From positions 372,001 through 436,000 of the forward strand of contig OZ287699.1 in NCBI GenBank assembly GCA_965649825.1: DNA of 64,000 bases, read 5' to 3'. A program made the translations under genes and the position numbers. The notes beneath the pieces were generated by a model, which saw nothing but the letters and a program-made list of their open reading frames with translations, searched no databases and was not told the DNA's origin. Each line of letters starts with the position of its first letter. Positions within the stretch are counted from its first letter, which is position 1. This DNA is from Penicillus capitatus (Eukaryota > Plantae > Chlorophyta). This document shows, in pieces, positions 22,351 through 34,400 of the stretch.

Positions 22351-23097
22351 TTAAGGGATCGCTTTTGTATCAGACATCACCATGGCGTCGATGAGGAGCG
22401 TGACATTGTTCTTCGCTTCGCATGTGGACTTTGCAAATTCTAAGCTCTGTACTTTGTCCATTTTTGCATCGAACGCGCTGACGACGAAGTGCTGATGCAA
22501 TCGAGGCATGATAAACCAACCATGCCGAGCATTAAACATGCACGCAAGCATGCATGATTGAGCTCTCTGTTAGGCACATTGCCCAACCTTCAATGGCATG
22601 AGTTAGAACTCCGACTGTCAACATTTCTGACATCGAATGCGTCTCGTCATAGATAGGCCAGTCAATGTCAGATGGCCGATCACAAACAAATAAACAACGA
22701 CGGTCCACCAGTTCACGGATAGATCATCCAACTCGTAGCAGTCTAACGGAGGGACCAACCAGTATAACGGATTGGAAACGCGAATCTCATGCTTCGTCCA
22801 AGCTCGTGATAGAAAGCAAGACATACTGATGCCGTTGATGAGGTTTCCGCAGCAGACAAGCACGAGACGCCAAAACTCTCTTTGCAATGCCAGAACTCTC
22901 CAGGCAATCGAAGTGATGATGTTCGAACACATGCCGGCCGCCCTTTCGTCCATCGACTTCATCAAGAGATACAGCACTATGAAGCATATTTTCCCATCCT
23001 CAATCTCACGGTCCATCAAAGAACACTCCTCGTTTCCCAAGCTCGGTGCAGAGACTCCAACGCTCAGCAATGAAAAACAGACCAGCATGCAACACAC
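22351..23097 (-). CDS. Hypothetical membrane protein (uncertain)
   Basis: 159-aa hydrophobic ORF (WWTVVVYLFVIGHLTL) followed by a second ORF; no family recognised. Confidence 0.3.
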
Positions 23098-23509
23098 AAA
23101 CGATATTCAGCATTCGAAATAGCTATCGCTAGTGCCATGGCAGGTGAAGAGTAATAGAAAAAGAAAAGTAAATGTCGACAAGACGTGAAATCCAGAACAA
23201 AAGCTTTGTCAAGAGCTTCGTCCTTCGACACTCTCACATCCATTCCACTCATTGCGTCTTCTTAAAAGAGTGAGATTTGTATCTTGATGCGTGTTCTAAA
23301 GGCAAACCACAGGGATCGAAAATATTCTCTGGTCTGAGACTGTCTGTCTTACTAAAGTCGTACACATCGCACAGACAGAGAGGCATAGACGAAACGTCGC
23401 GTCGATTACTGCTCTGGACAAGTGACTGTCCAAAGATCTGCTGCTGCCGGCGCCGTCTCTTCGCTCCCTCTTGCCACTCATTTGGCGCATTCTCTGCTGA
23501 AACGTCCGC

Positions 23510-25825
23510 ATGGACCCCGAACGCACGTCGTTGTTGCCGGATGGGACGCGTCCGAGTTCCCAGTCCATTCGCGGCATGCGAATCGTGATTCGTGTTCGTC
23601 TCTCTTCGCGATTCCCTCGTTTTGCGACCCTCTTGCCGTTTCAGGGCCTCGAGTATTCAGTGCCGTCAAACGTCGAGCGTGGCAAATTGGCATATCTCCT
23701 GCGCAACGTCAGTGGCTTCTTCAACCCTGGACAGATGTCTTGCTTAGTGAGGACAGAGATCGACAGCGTGTGTTCGTTCGACCATGCCTTAACAGATCGG
23801 CCCCAGCGGAAGTGGCAAGACAACGCTGATGGACATCTTGGCCGGACGCAAGACGCAAGGAAAGATCACTGGGACCCTTCTCTTCGCCAACCAGCGACCG
23901 ACCAAAACCTTCCTGAGGAGATATACTGGATACGTGGAGCAGTTTGACACTCTCCTCGAGTCACTGACCGTGAAGGAGATGTTGATCTACACGGCCGAGC
24001 TCAAGGTGCGACATCCAAACCTCGCACAAATGAACAATCGATCGCGAACTTGTACGGCACTTGGACTGTTTGCAGAGACCGATGTCGGAGAGCTTCGCAG
24101 AGAAGATGCAGAAAGTAGAGGAACTGATGCGCAAGATGAGTCTGACGACCACGCGGGATAGGAAGATTGGACAGCAGGGAGGACTCGTAAGCATGACGCA
24201 TGATTTGATGACGTGACAGATCGCCGTGCTGAATGCGTGTAGAAAAAGCGCGTCAACATCGGCATTGCTCTGATTACCGATCCACGCGTCCTCTTCTTGG
24301 ACGAGCCGACGACGGGACTGGACTCGAACACGGCAAACGACGTGAGGCATCTCTCTGATGTGACGTGTGGAATGGACGCCTGGTTTCTGATCTCTGCAGA
24401 TCATGACTGTCGTGAAGAATCTGGTATCGGACGGCACGACCATCTGCTCAACGATCCACTCTCCCACGCCATACACCTTCAGTCTGTTCGACAGTGTTCT
24501 GTTTCTACTGGCAGGCCAGGTGGTGTTCTTCGGAGAGAGAGGTGCGTTCGTTTCTCGTGATGGTGTTAATCGATTGAGTGACTGGTGATGTGACGTGTGT
24601 CTAGTCCAAGCTGTTCCTTTCTTGGAATCTTTCGCCTCGACGGAAGAAGCATATGACAATCAGGCGGAATGGCTCACGGCCGTCATGGTCAAGGCCGAGC
24701 GCGAGAACAAAGGACCAGAACTCGCAGCAAAGTTCGCCGGATCTCAACTCAAAGCGGATTCCGACAAACTCCTCGACACCTTCGTGACCACTAAAGATGA
24801 CACCGATGAGGTCACACGGGAAGAGCTGGCTGTCACAAAGGCGACAGTGACGCCAAGCTGGTTTGCCTTCAAGACGCTTATCAAAGTGCGGCTTCGTGTC
24901 GGATGAGAGTCTTGTCGACTGCTTTTCTGCGTCTGCAGTACCGTACGGCCAAGAACTTCACGGATCCCGGATTCTGGGTGCCTCGACTGGCAGACAAGAT
25001 CGTGATGTCTGCGTTGATCATTGTCACATACTATGGCATCGGAGACAACCGTGACGCACTCAACACGAACAACATCGCTGCCGCGCTCTTCCTGATTGTC
25101 GTGCTGCCCATGTTCAGTGCCGGAATCTACACACCGACACTCGTCCTGGGTACTTCTGTCGTCGTGCCTTCTGCCGTCTTGTCACGCTCCTGCTGTGCTC
25201 AGAGAGGGCTTTGTTCTACCGTGAGGTGGACAACGGTCTCTATCGTCCCGGAATCTATCTCCTCGCGAAGATGATCGACGAAGTAGTCGTGGCCTTGATC
25301 TGCACGTTCGTCTTCAGCACACTGATGTGGTATCTCATTGCCTTCGAAGGATCGATCATCTATCTGTGGGCCGTCTACTTTGGTCATTTCTTCAATGGCA
25401 TTGCGCTGGCCTACATCTGCGCTGCTGCAGCGCCGGATGTTAACGTTGCCAATGCTCTGCTGCAGACGACCTCTGTGATTCTCGCTTTCTTTGCTGGACT
25501 GTTCATTCTGCCGGACGACATGCCAGTCTACTGGGGGTGGATTTACTGGGTCAACTATTCTGCTTACGGTTATGGCGCGGTGATGGTCAATCAATTCAAG
25601 GATCAAGACAACGATCTGGAAGCAGGTATGTCTCCAGATCGTCTCTTTATCTTTTTGTGAGAGTTGTGCGCAGTCGGCGCGCCGAAAGAGTTTCAAGTGT
25701 TGCCGCGCTTTGATCTCGAAGATATGGACAAGAAGCTGAGTACTGGCCTCGTGTACGTATTCACTGCAGTATTCGTTCTGGCAGGATACTTCTCCATGAC
25801 GTATATCCGTCACCAGAAACGCTAG
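23510..25825 (+). CDS. ABCG (White-like) half-size transporter, paralogue 1, many short introns
   Basis: Walker [23 protein letters not shown], Walker [31 protein letters not shown] domain, ends YIRHQKR-TAG. Confidence 0.93.
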
Positions 25826-26308
25826 ATGCCCTTATCACTCTTTTTGGTGTGATAAATCCTGAGCACCATTCGAAGAGAGAAAACATGTCACTAACTCTTA
25901 CATTTCAGTGTGTAAGGGACTGCGACACAAGCAGGACTGCAAAGACAACGGTGGCACTTTCAAAAACGATCTCACGATCCGTCATCCGTCTGCATACGTT
26001 TTTCGATCGAAAAAGACGCAGGACAAAAAGAACACAACAGCGCATCTGACAGCCAAACTATATTGCAACCCAACCCAGTCGTTCATCCCGCCATATCATC
26101 ATCGTAGAAAGCGCAATTCTATTCGCTGCCATGGTCGTCGGCGGATCTTTCACACGGCAACCTGTCGTCGGAAGAGGCAAAATAGATAAAGCGGGATCAT
26201 ATGACCATCTGGTCGTGTCATATGTGGGATTCTTCTCCCGCAGAATGGTGACGATTGTGACGATCACACGTGTCCCTTCACTGCTGATCGTCATCGCGTA
26301 TCACAACG

Positions 26309-28495
26309 ATGCGGAACAACGCCCAGCGCGACTTAGAAGGAATGCTTCCAGATTTGGACGCGCTTCTCGAGAAGCGACTCTTTACGAAAGAAGAACTCAA
26401 ACAGGTCTTGAACAAGCGCGCCAAATTCGAATACGCGATCCGCAGCAGCACACGCACACAGCGAGACTTTTACAGGTAGGGGTTCTCTTTTGTCCTCCAC
26501 AGGCACAGTAAAAATGCCACGGAGCTAGATACATTGAATTCGAGGAAAAACTGGAGCAGCTGAGGAAACTGAGAGCAGGTCGACTGAAAAAGGAAGGTAT
26601 TATCTTGTCTACAGACAGTTGCTGATTGAAAGAGTCTTCTACAGGCGAAAGAGTGAGAAAGAGTGATCTCTGCAATTATTGCATTGTCCGGCATATTCAT
26701 GCTCTCTTCTCTCGTGCGACGTTCATTTTCAAAACGGATCTGGATCTCTGGAAGCAGTGGTTTCGCTTCTGTCGCCAGTCAAATTCGTTACAGAGATTGT
26801 CAAAAGTGTGATCCGTTGATCACTCTTTCTTTCCTGCCGTTGGATGCTAAGCAACCCAGGCGTTGTCGGATGCCTTGCGTCATAATCCTCATGCCGTCGA
26901 GATCTGGATCTATGCAACCCAATGGTGCGGATTCGGTCTCTTGCCGTGTCGTTATGCTATGGTGTGAGTTACAGGGAGTTACGAGACCGTCAGAACACCA
27001 AGATGGCACGATCATTGATGCAGCAAGCCGTGCGAAACTGCAAGCTCTCTGAGACACTGTGGCTGGAATATTTCAAGATGGTAGACACCAACCATCTTCG
27101 CAAGAGAGATGCTTCATGATTGGATCATGCAGGAACTCTCCATTTCTCAGCAACTATGGGAGCGACAGCGAGTTCTTGATGCATCCGATCAGCAAGGTGG
27201 GCGTTGTTCAATCTAACTGTCCTTTACTCAATGTGAACAGCAGAGAGGGAAAGCAGCCTCGATGGGCTCATGGATGGTTCCATGGCACTCTGTGTTTTTC
27301 GGGAAGCTGCAAAGACACTTCCTTCTAGCTTTGAATTTCGGAAAAGGTTCCTGGATATCGTAGCGGATTGTTCTCTTCCGTGTGCAGAGAAGTTAAGTGC
27401 TCAGATCCTTGAGAGTATTCAGGAGGACTTTGGAGATAAGGGAGAAACGTGGGACATGAAGGCGCGTTTTGAATTTTCGCGGACGTCTACATTGGACCTT
27501 GTTACGAGAATCGAGCGTGTGATGAATATCTATGCTGAGGGATTGAAGAGAGGAGATGCTACGGATGTGTATTCTTATACCATTATGTTTCTAGTCGATC
27601 TGTGGAACGAATGGGAGCGATCAAAGAAGGAAGATGACGGAACTGTGGACAATGTCGTGGCAGAAGCATTGTTTCAGCAAACAGAAGCAATTCTGCACAC
27701 AGCATTGGAAAATGGCCACGCAGTTGAGCTGGTCATCCCCTCTTTTATAGAGATTTGCAGAAAGCAGGCTGATCGCGCATGCCTTCTTCGCATTCTGACG
27801 CCTGCTGTTGAAAAATGTCCAAATTCTGAATCTATTGGGTGCATGTGGATCGATGCAGTAAAAGAAAACCATCTGCAGCATGAAGCGCCCAATCAAAAGG
27901 AGACGGAGGATCTACTGATGAGGATTCTGAGCAGCGATGATGTCATGTCAAATGTGTGGAGGCATGTTATTGACGTTTTCTGCGAGCTGCAGTTGCCGAT
28001 TTCCCGACTCCTGCATCTTCATTTCCAACGCATTTCTGGCGTTCTTGCAGTGAACAAGAGGAGGCAACTCAGTGCCGTTTCCTGCCATTTTTTGAAGACC
28101 TTAAGGTTCTGTAATCTGCAACGAAGTCGCGTTCAAATTCGTTCTTTTCTAGAAATAGAGGTCTGATGCAAGAGGCGCTGACATGCGCCCAGATGTGCCA
28201 GGAATGCCTAGTTGTGGATATTGACGTTTACCTGGAGATCATAGAGTTCTATTCGTCTCAGCTGCGTCTGAAATGCTCCTCTCTATCCATCGAGACCGTT
28301 AAGCGATTACTGGAGAAAGCAGTTCGAGCGCATGGTGCCATAAACGTCGAAGTTTGGATAGAACGCTTAAAGTTTGAGCATGAGTTCGGCGAGAAAAGGA
28401 TCGGTGACGTCTATCAAAGAGCACTTCATTCGGGGATCCAGGACTTGACAAAACTTGAGGACACCATGCGACGCCTACCACAGATCCGTTTGTGA
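26309..28495 (+). CDS. UTP6: U3 snoRNA-associated protein 6 (HAT repeats)
   Basis: MRNNAQRDLEGMLPDLDALLEKRLFTKEELKQVLNKRAKFEY, YIEFEEKLEQLR, DLWKQWFRFC, ARSLMQQAVRNC and HAT helices match Utp6. Confidence 0.88.
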
Positions 28496-28830
28496 TTAGC
28501 TAAACGAAGTTGTGTCGAATGTTGTGTTCCCAGGAGCGCCTTGTATCACTCACTGTCCATCACCCTCCCTAGACCTCTGCTCGTATCATTCTTCTCGGTC
28601 GCGTTCGACTCGTCGGTAACTGATCTCATTTGCCTGTTTCTCTTGGCACTCGTCACGATCTTGGCAGTAATAAGAGATGCATGCACCGAGTCCGTACAAG
28701 ACGAGATTGATCTCCTCGTCTTAATGATCCTGTTTACCCACGTTTACTGGATGTTTCATTTAGCTATCTATCAAAGGTGTGCGTGCTGTTTGAGTCTTCA
28801 TCGTCGAGCTCTTTGAGCTGTTTGTTGACA

Positions 28831-29703
28831 ATGGGAGGTCATGGTGGCCTCAATATTCTGCCGCAAAAACGTTGGAATGGTCGTTTGATTCAGTTGTTCA
28901 CTCTACGGCCTCTTTTACCTGGTTGTTTCTGTTGCAGTCTATGGACAACGCAATCGACTCAAAGTACACGAAGACGAAACTCGACACGCAGAGAAAGAGA
29001 AGAGGGAACGCGACCGCCACGAAAAGGCCGAGAGGGAGTTCAGAACGAATATTCTGAGAAAACGCGCTCATACTGTACCTCTCACTTCTGCAGTGGCACC
29101 CTCCCTAGAACAGTCATCTGCAGGAGGCGTCTACCACAGTGGAACACATTAACTTCTTTGAAGAAGAAGAACGGCAACAAGAGCACGAAGAAGTGAAAGT
29201 ATGGCTGGCCAGCTGCTGATGCCCTTCGCTGATCGATGCCTTATGGCAGCGGCAACGGGAAGAAGAGGATCGCAAACGTGGCCGCAAATCTGACAGGACC
29301 AGTGATGCGCACTTCGATAAGCGTTTTGCTTTCATTCATGGACTGAATGACACCAAGGTGCGATGTCCCAGAACTGTGAATAGTGGTAGAAGCAGCATGC
29401 CTTTTCTAGCCGTGGTATGCACGCCCAGTTCCGCGTACTGTCGAGTCCACGCCTCCTGCGAAGCAAGAACCAGCGTCGCTCCAAGCCACATCATCATCCA
29501 AGAAGGGGCCGGAGGACGAAAAGCGATCGAAAAAAGAAAAAAAGAAGAAGAAAGCACGTGCGCTGTTAAAGGAGCTGAAGAAGTCCAATTTTAAGAAAGC
29601 GGAGATCGATGTAGCTCTGCTCAGAATCGAACGTCTACGAAGGGAGAAGAAAGAGAGATCCAGAGCGGCATCCCTCAGGAAGCGTTTGCCACAAGACGCT
29701 TGA
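28831..29703 (+). CDS. LENG1: Cir_N-domain / LENG1-like nuclear protein
   Basis: MGGHGGLNILPQKRWN/VYGQRNRLKVHEDE start, charged coiled coil, C-terminal RIERLRREKKER. Confidence 0.7.
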
Positions 29704-29720
29704 ATCGTGCCGTTAACATG

Positions 29721-30711
29721 TCAGGTCCTTTCTGCATAAGTGACATCCGTTTCTTCCTCCGCATCTTCGTCTTCGATATAACGATGGACGGGAAGTACCT
29801 CGGCCATTGTGTCTTTGACTCTCTTTGCGATGCGATCCACCCGTGCGGCTTCGCGCCGTGCCTCCAGGGACTCTTCTTGATCCACTTTGGCTGGCGGCAT
29901 GAAGAAGTCATCGACATCCTCGTAGATATCTTCCTCTTCCCCTTCTTCTGAGTCTTCTGCAGGAGACCCATGATCGACTAACGAACTGGCGAACGCGCTC
30001 AGGAATTTGTGCCGAAAACGGTCCTGCGTGACAAATCGTGTGCCGGAAGAAAGGTGTGATGACGTATGAGTCACCCGGTCTTGAATCTGCGCCAGATCTG
30101 CAATTCTGTCGGCCACTCTGGCAATGACGAGCGGATCCAAAGCACCCAGATTATTTCTTGCATCTTCCAATTCCTCTTCTGGCAAAGCCGGTCCTAAGCT
30201 GTACGGAAAATAAGGACAGTGATCGACAGACTGCATCGGACGCACCCTAACTCCGCAACCATAATTGCATCGAGTGGGGTAAAAGATGTCATCCCCTTGT
30301 TCGTTCCCAATCAGTCGGTTCAAAGAAAGCGGTAACTCTTGGAATCTCACTTTAGTATTCGTTTGTCCACCAAGAGTGAACCGTTCGATGTGGAAACCGT
30401 CGTCCAAATGTACGCCGTCTTCTGAAATGGCCCCGTCTGAATGACAAGAGGCTGTCAGCAGTCGAACGTGTGCACAAGAGCGTGCCGCTGGCGATCAGTG
30501 CTTCCGACGGAACGCATGTTGGTCCAAGGAGACTGGAACAGCGTAAGTCACGTGGAAGTCCAAATTTCTCGCGTTGTGTTCTGAGTATTTGTGCTGCCAG
30601 TCGTTCTCGGGGAAACGCGACGTGTGCAATATGATTCAGAGATTCTGGAGGCACGTCATCCGATGTGCCAAACGTCAGAAGGAGTAAGAACAGGACGACA
30701 AAGAACGCCAT
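29721..30711 (-). CDS. Hypothetical secreted protein with acidic C-terminus
   Basis: Signal-peptide-like MAFFVVLFLLLLTFGTS, Cys-containing middle, and an E/D-rich tail in the 228-aa ORF 29721-30407. Confidence 0.5.
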
Positions 30712-30902
30712 GTGCAATGGCAAGACGGCATCAAATGATTGCTTCGTTGTCAAATCATTAATCGGCTTTGTGTCTTGTCAAAGGAAAGCTTCGCGTTCTT
30801 ACAGAGCTAAAGGTGAACATGCATTGACGTCCATGTATTCATATGCTACAGGTGACATGACACACGTGTAAGCGCCCCTTCGGAGATGGAACCCTTGGAT
30901 TC

Positions 30903-31874
30903 TGACGGGGATGCCAAACGAAAGACGCACCGCGTCGCGCGCACGCGCCACGGCGAAGCGGAGGGACGAACCTGAGCAAATGCAAATGCTACAGGCAGGG
31001 CGTTCACGTCACTTAAGTACCCTCGGCACCCGCGGTCCCCTGTCACGTCAGGAAGCGGACACCCTGTCCGGTCCGCGGGGCCGCAACCGTTATCGCGTAC
31101 CCATCAGGACTCCCCCAGCGGTTGACAGAACGTCCACGAGCCAACCGCTCCAACGGGGAGCGAACAGCCAAAGATGCAACAGAACAGTAGTACGGCTACA
31201 CGGAAAGAGATCGACGACAACGAAAAATCAACAACGCACTGGCCGTCCTAAACGGTCCAGCGCCAACAGACAAAAGAGTCGGATGTAGAAACGCCTCTTG
31301 CGTTTCAAATGAAATGCGTCGCTCTGCCGCGCAACGCTGCACCCTGTCCACTTCGTTATTGGTGCAGTGGCAGCGCGACTGTTGACTGCGACTGCCTGCG
31401 CAGGACGGAGGACGGACGGATACGAAAACGCAAAACACTAGGTGAAATGGCCACGCCCGCGCACGAGGAAGACACAGTACGCGCAGTCAGCCACGCGTGT
31501 CTGTCAACTCGGCCGGGTCGAGACATCGTCGTCTCCGCAGCTGCAGGCCGCAGCGTCTTCACTTGGCCGCTGACGGGGTCGGAATGTCTTCGGTCGGGCA
31601 CCACTGACGGCAGCACCTTGGCCTTCCACCTGTGGCATTGAGGGCGCCACTACCCCGGAGGTCCACCAGTCTGACGGGGATGCCAAACGAAAGACGCACT
31701 GCGTCGCGCGCACGCGCCACGGCGAAGCGGAGGGACGAACCTGAGCAAACGTAAGAACTACATGGTGAGGCGTACATGTCAATAAATACCCTCGGCACCC
31801 GCGGACCCCTGTCACATCAGGAAGCGGACACCCTGTCCGGTCCGCGGGCCAGAACCGTTGGTGTACCCCCATCA
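30903..31874 (-). mobile_element. Miniature non-coding LTR retrotransposon (TRIM-like), 972 bp
   Basis: Direct repeats at 30903-31106 and 31672-31874, both TG...CA with inverted ends. On the minus strand a PBS (TGGTGGACCTCCGGGG, 31668-31653) starts 3 nt after the 5' LTR, and a purine tract (GGGGGAG) lies just before the 3' LTR. Confidence 0.82.
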
Positions 31875-32078
31875 GTCTGAAAACCCGCAATAATTGGTGG
31901 GTACTTGGTTTAAAACATTCACGTTTATAGTTGAAAGTATCGTCCCGACTTTGTCCACACCTGATGATTTGCCTTGGAAGATACTACATACTACCAACTA
32001 CCACATTTTGTAGTTTCCAACTCATTGCTTCACGCATTATCAATACGATATTTGAAAAGAAATCTTTGAAGGTCTCAA

Positions 32079-32220
32079 TGTCGAAAGGTATTTCCGACAG
32101 GTGTCGAAAGGTATTTCCGACAGGTGTCGAAAGGTATTTCCGACAGGTGTCGAAAGGTATTTCCGACAGGTGTCGAAAGGTATTTCCGACAGGTGTCGAA
32201 AGGTATTTCCGACAGGTGTC
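32079..32220. repeat. Perfect tandem array, 6 x 23 bp (TGTCGAAAGGTATTTCCGACAGG), each unit an imperfect palindrome
   Basis: Units start at 32079, 32102, 32125, 32148, 32171 and 32194, followed by TGTC. There are no spacers. Confidence 0.97.
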
Positions 32221-32225
32221 TTGAC

Positions 32226-32382
32226 TGTCGGGAATCGTTACTCGACAGACGCGCCGCAGCTGAGCGAACGCGCAGAGCGAGACGGAAGAGACAACCACGA
32301 GCCAATGCAAAGACTACATGGTGAGGCGTACACGTCAATAAATACCCTCGGCACCCGCGGACCCTTGTCACCTCGGCAGCGG
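32226..32382 (-). mobile_element. Diverged third LTR copy of the TRIM family (partial or solo)
   Basis: 32313-32382 closely matches 31757-31826. 32226 onward (TGTCGGGAATC..GACAGACGC) aligns loosely with the LTR start TGACGGGGATG..AAAGACGC. Confidence 0.65.
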
Positions 32383-32424
32383 GTTCTGACACGCTGATAC
32401 AATCGGCAAGGTACGCAACCATGG

Positions 32425-32527
32425 TGCACATACGTCGCAGCAGTACGACGTGCCGTGCCGATACCGCTACGTCGCACTTCCAAGACGGCATCGGCACGGC
32501 ACGTCGCACTACTGCGGCGTATCTGCA
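32425..32527. repeat. Inverted repeat: 42-nt arms (about 5 mismatches), 19-nt loop
   Basis: 32425-32466 pairs with 32486-32527. Confidence 0.9.
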
Positions 32528-32685
32528 TCACAGCAGTGCCACGCGACGATACGGGTCACGTCAGGCCGCGTCGAGTTCGCACCGAGCGTCTCCTCCATCT
32601 CTTGTCCAAAACGAACGCCAACGTCCTTCGTTGATCAAAGGCGGGTATCGAGTCCTACCTTGTCTCTGTCCTCCTGAAAGTGTGC

Positions 32686-34400
32686 CTACGGTAACAAACT
32701 CAAATTCGAAGGTGGTGAGTGAATTAGACTATCCGAGTGTTCGTAGTCTAAGATGCGAAAGAGTCGAGTCGACTGCTGGCAGCTTGCAGATATCAGACAG
32801 AAACGTGTGCAAAGATCCACTGCTGCGATGATGAATCTTTGTGATCCGTCTGGCTTCATCGGTCCAATGACATCTAAACCTACGCACTGGTTCATCTGCT
32901 GCCAGGTATTGAATGATTGCGCGACAGGAGGGTCTTGTCGCGCAAAATGTTGACATCTGTCACAACTTTGCACCCAATCTTGCACATGTGATGGGGCATC
33001 CGGAAAGTAGATCATCTTCTGCAGGTTCTGGAGGGTTGTTTGGACTCCATAATGTCCGCTCTGCTCATGTGCTCTGCGCAACCACTGAATGATTTCACCC
33101 CTGTCGAGGCAACACGGTCTCCGGTGTATTCCATCGGCAGAGTATTCCATCTTGTTTGTCCGCAACTGAAAAGAACTGCTTCGATGCTTGAGACGTGCTC
33201 TCTGTTGCGGTGTCGCTTCTTCGGGACATCTCCCAGTTCTCAGATAATCTTCCATTTGCAGATACCATTCCGTCCATTCCTTACTGATCTTAGCTGCCAT
33301 CACCGTCGATCCTTCTGCCTTCGAATTCTTTAGCTCTCTCCTCCACCACGGACTCCTGCTGAGTAAGTCGGCCACGTCGTTGGCCACTCCGTCGACGTGC
33401 TGCACTCTTCCTGCAGCCAGATTTAGCGCGTCCAAATGCTTCTGCACCAAAAAGCTCTGGTCTTGGGTACCGCTGGCTTGCTTTACAACAGTCGCGTTCG
33501 TAAAGATTGTCAGCCGCCTGCCCATGATTAGATGTCTCACTTCCTTCGCCGCCCTTTCCATCCCGAGCAACTCTGCCTTCCCACCTGAATGGAACTTATC
33601 TCTTTGGAAGCCTCCAGCCCCGAGCCGCATCAATTGTTTCGTTTCTCTGCTGAAGAGAGCGTATCCGAATCCGTCTCTGCTCGCGTCGACGTATAGATCG
33701 ACAGAGATGCCGGATGCATCAGGTCGGTTGTATCACAAGCGGCTCATTGTCTTGATGATAGTACTCCAACGATCAGGATCTTCTTGCCAGTAGTTTCCGA
33801 TCGTCACTGCGTCAGCGTTGCACAACTGCTGCCAGACTTCTGACGTCGCTTCGACAGTAGCGCCAGTTGCTCTTCGGCCGACAGTGCCGACTGCGGGCAC
33901 GCTCCGAGAATGAGTTCCTTCAGGACATGCCACTTCTGTTCTGTCTCTATCGGGTTGACGGGAGCGCCAAAGAACTGATACACGAAAGCGGCGTTGCCCG
34001 TAAAGGCCGCGTTGAAGGCAGCGTTGGAAACGAAATGAGGTTCGATCTTGTCAGTCACTTGTCGCAACAGCTCAAACGCGGGGGGAACCGCACTGAAGGC
34101 TCTTAACCACCCGTCGTATGCGTGGGTGATAGTCGTCCTCGATGAGCACAGCAGCGCTCAGGATCGACGCGAACGCCTCGCGGTCAAGCCTCGAGGCAAG
34201 GCGCTCCGAAACCAATTGTGATCCCGTCACGATGAATTAAAACCGAGGTTGCAGTGCTTGTTAAAAAGGGGCGTTATTGACAAGATCTAGCGTCTTTTAT
34301 ATCAACAAGTATCCATCAGTGTATCCGTCAGTCAAATCATTCGCTCCTCGGCTTGACAATCGGTTGCAGGAAATGTAGCTCCTAACATCGGTCTTGTAAC
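32686..34400 (-). mobile_element. Defective Ty3/Gypsy LTR retrotransposon: LTR, PBS, gag fragment, RNase H, truncated integrase; protease and RT core missing
   Basis: PBS-like TGGTTTCGGAGCG (34214-34202) lies 2 nt after ...TCACA. Also present: gag-like WHVLKELIL...LLSKRRQKSG, RNase H LYVDAS..GFGYAL and GVANDVADLLSR, integrase HEQSGHYG...CDRCQ and GLDVIGP..VDLCTR, and an in-frame TGA near 33733. The outer LTR end is uncertain (34390-34682). Confidence 0.88.

Noticed and set aside
25823-25825. Non-standard ulvophyte code (TAR = Gln)
   Set aside because: TAG falls exactly at the conserved ABCG C-terminus, matching the TGA-ending paralogue, and long exons lack in-frame TAR codons.
32079-32220. 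CRISPR-like palindromic repeats
   Set aside because: Units are directly adjacent with no spacers, there are no cas genes, and the context is eukaryotic.
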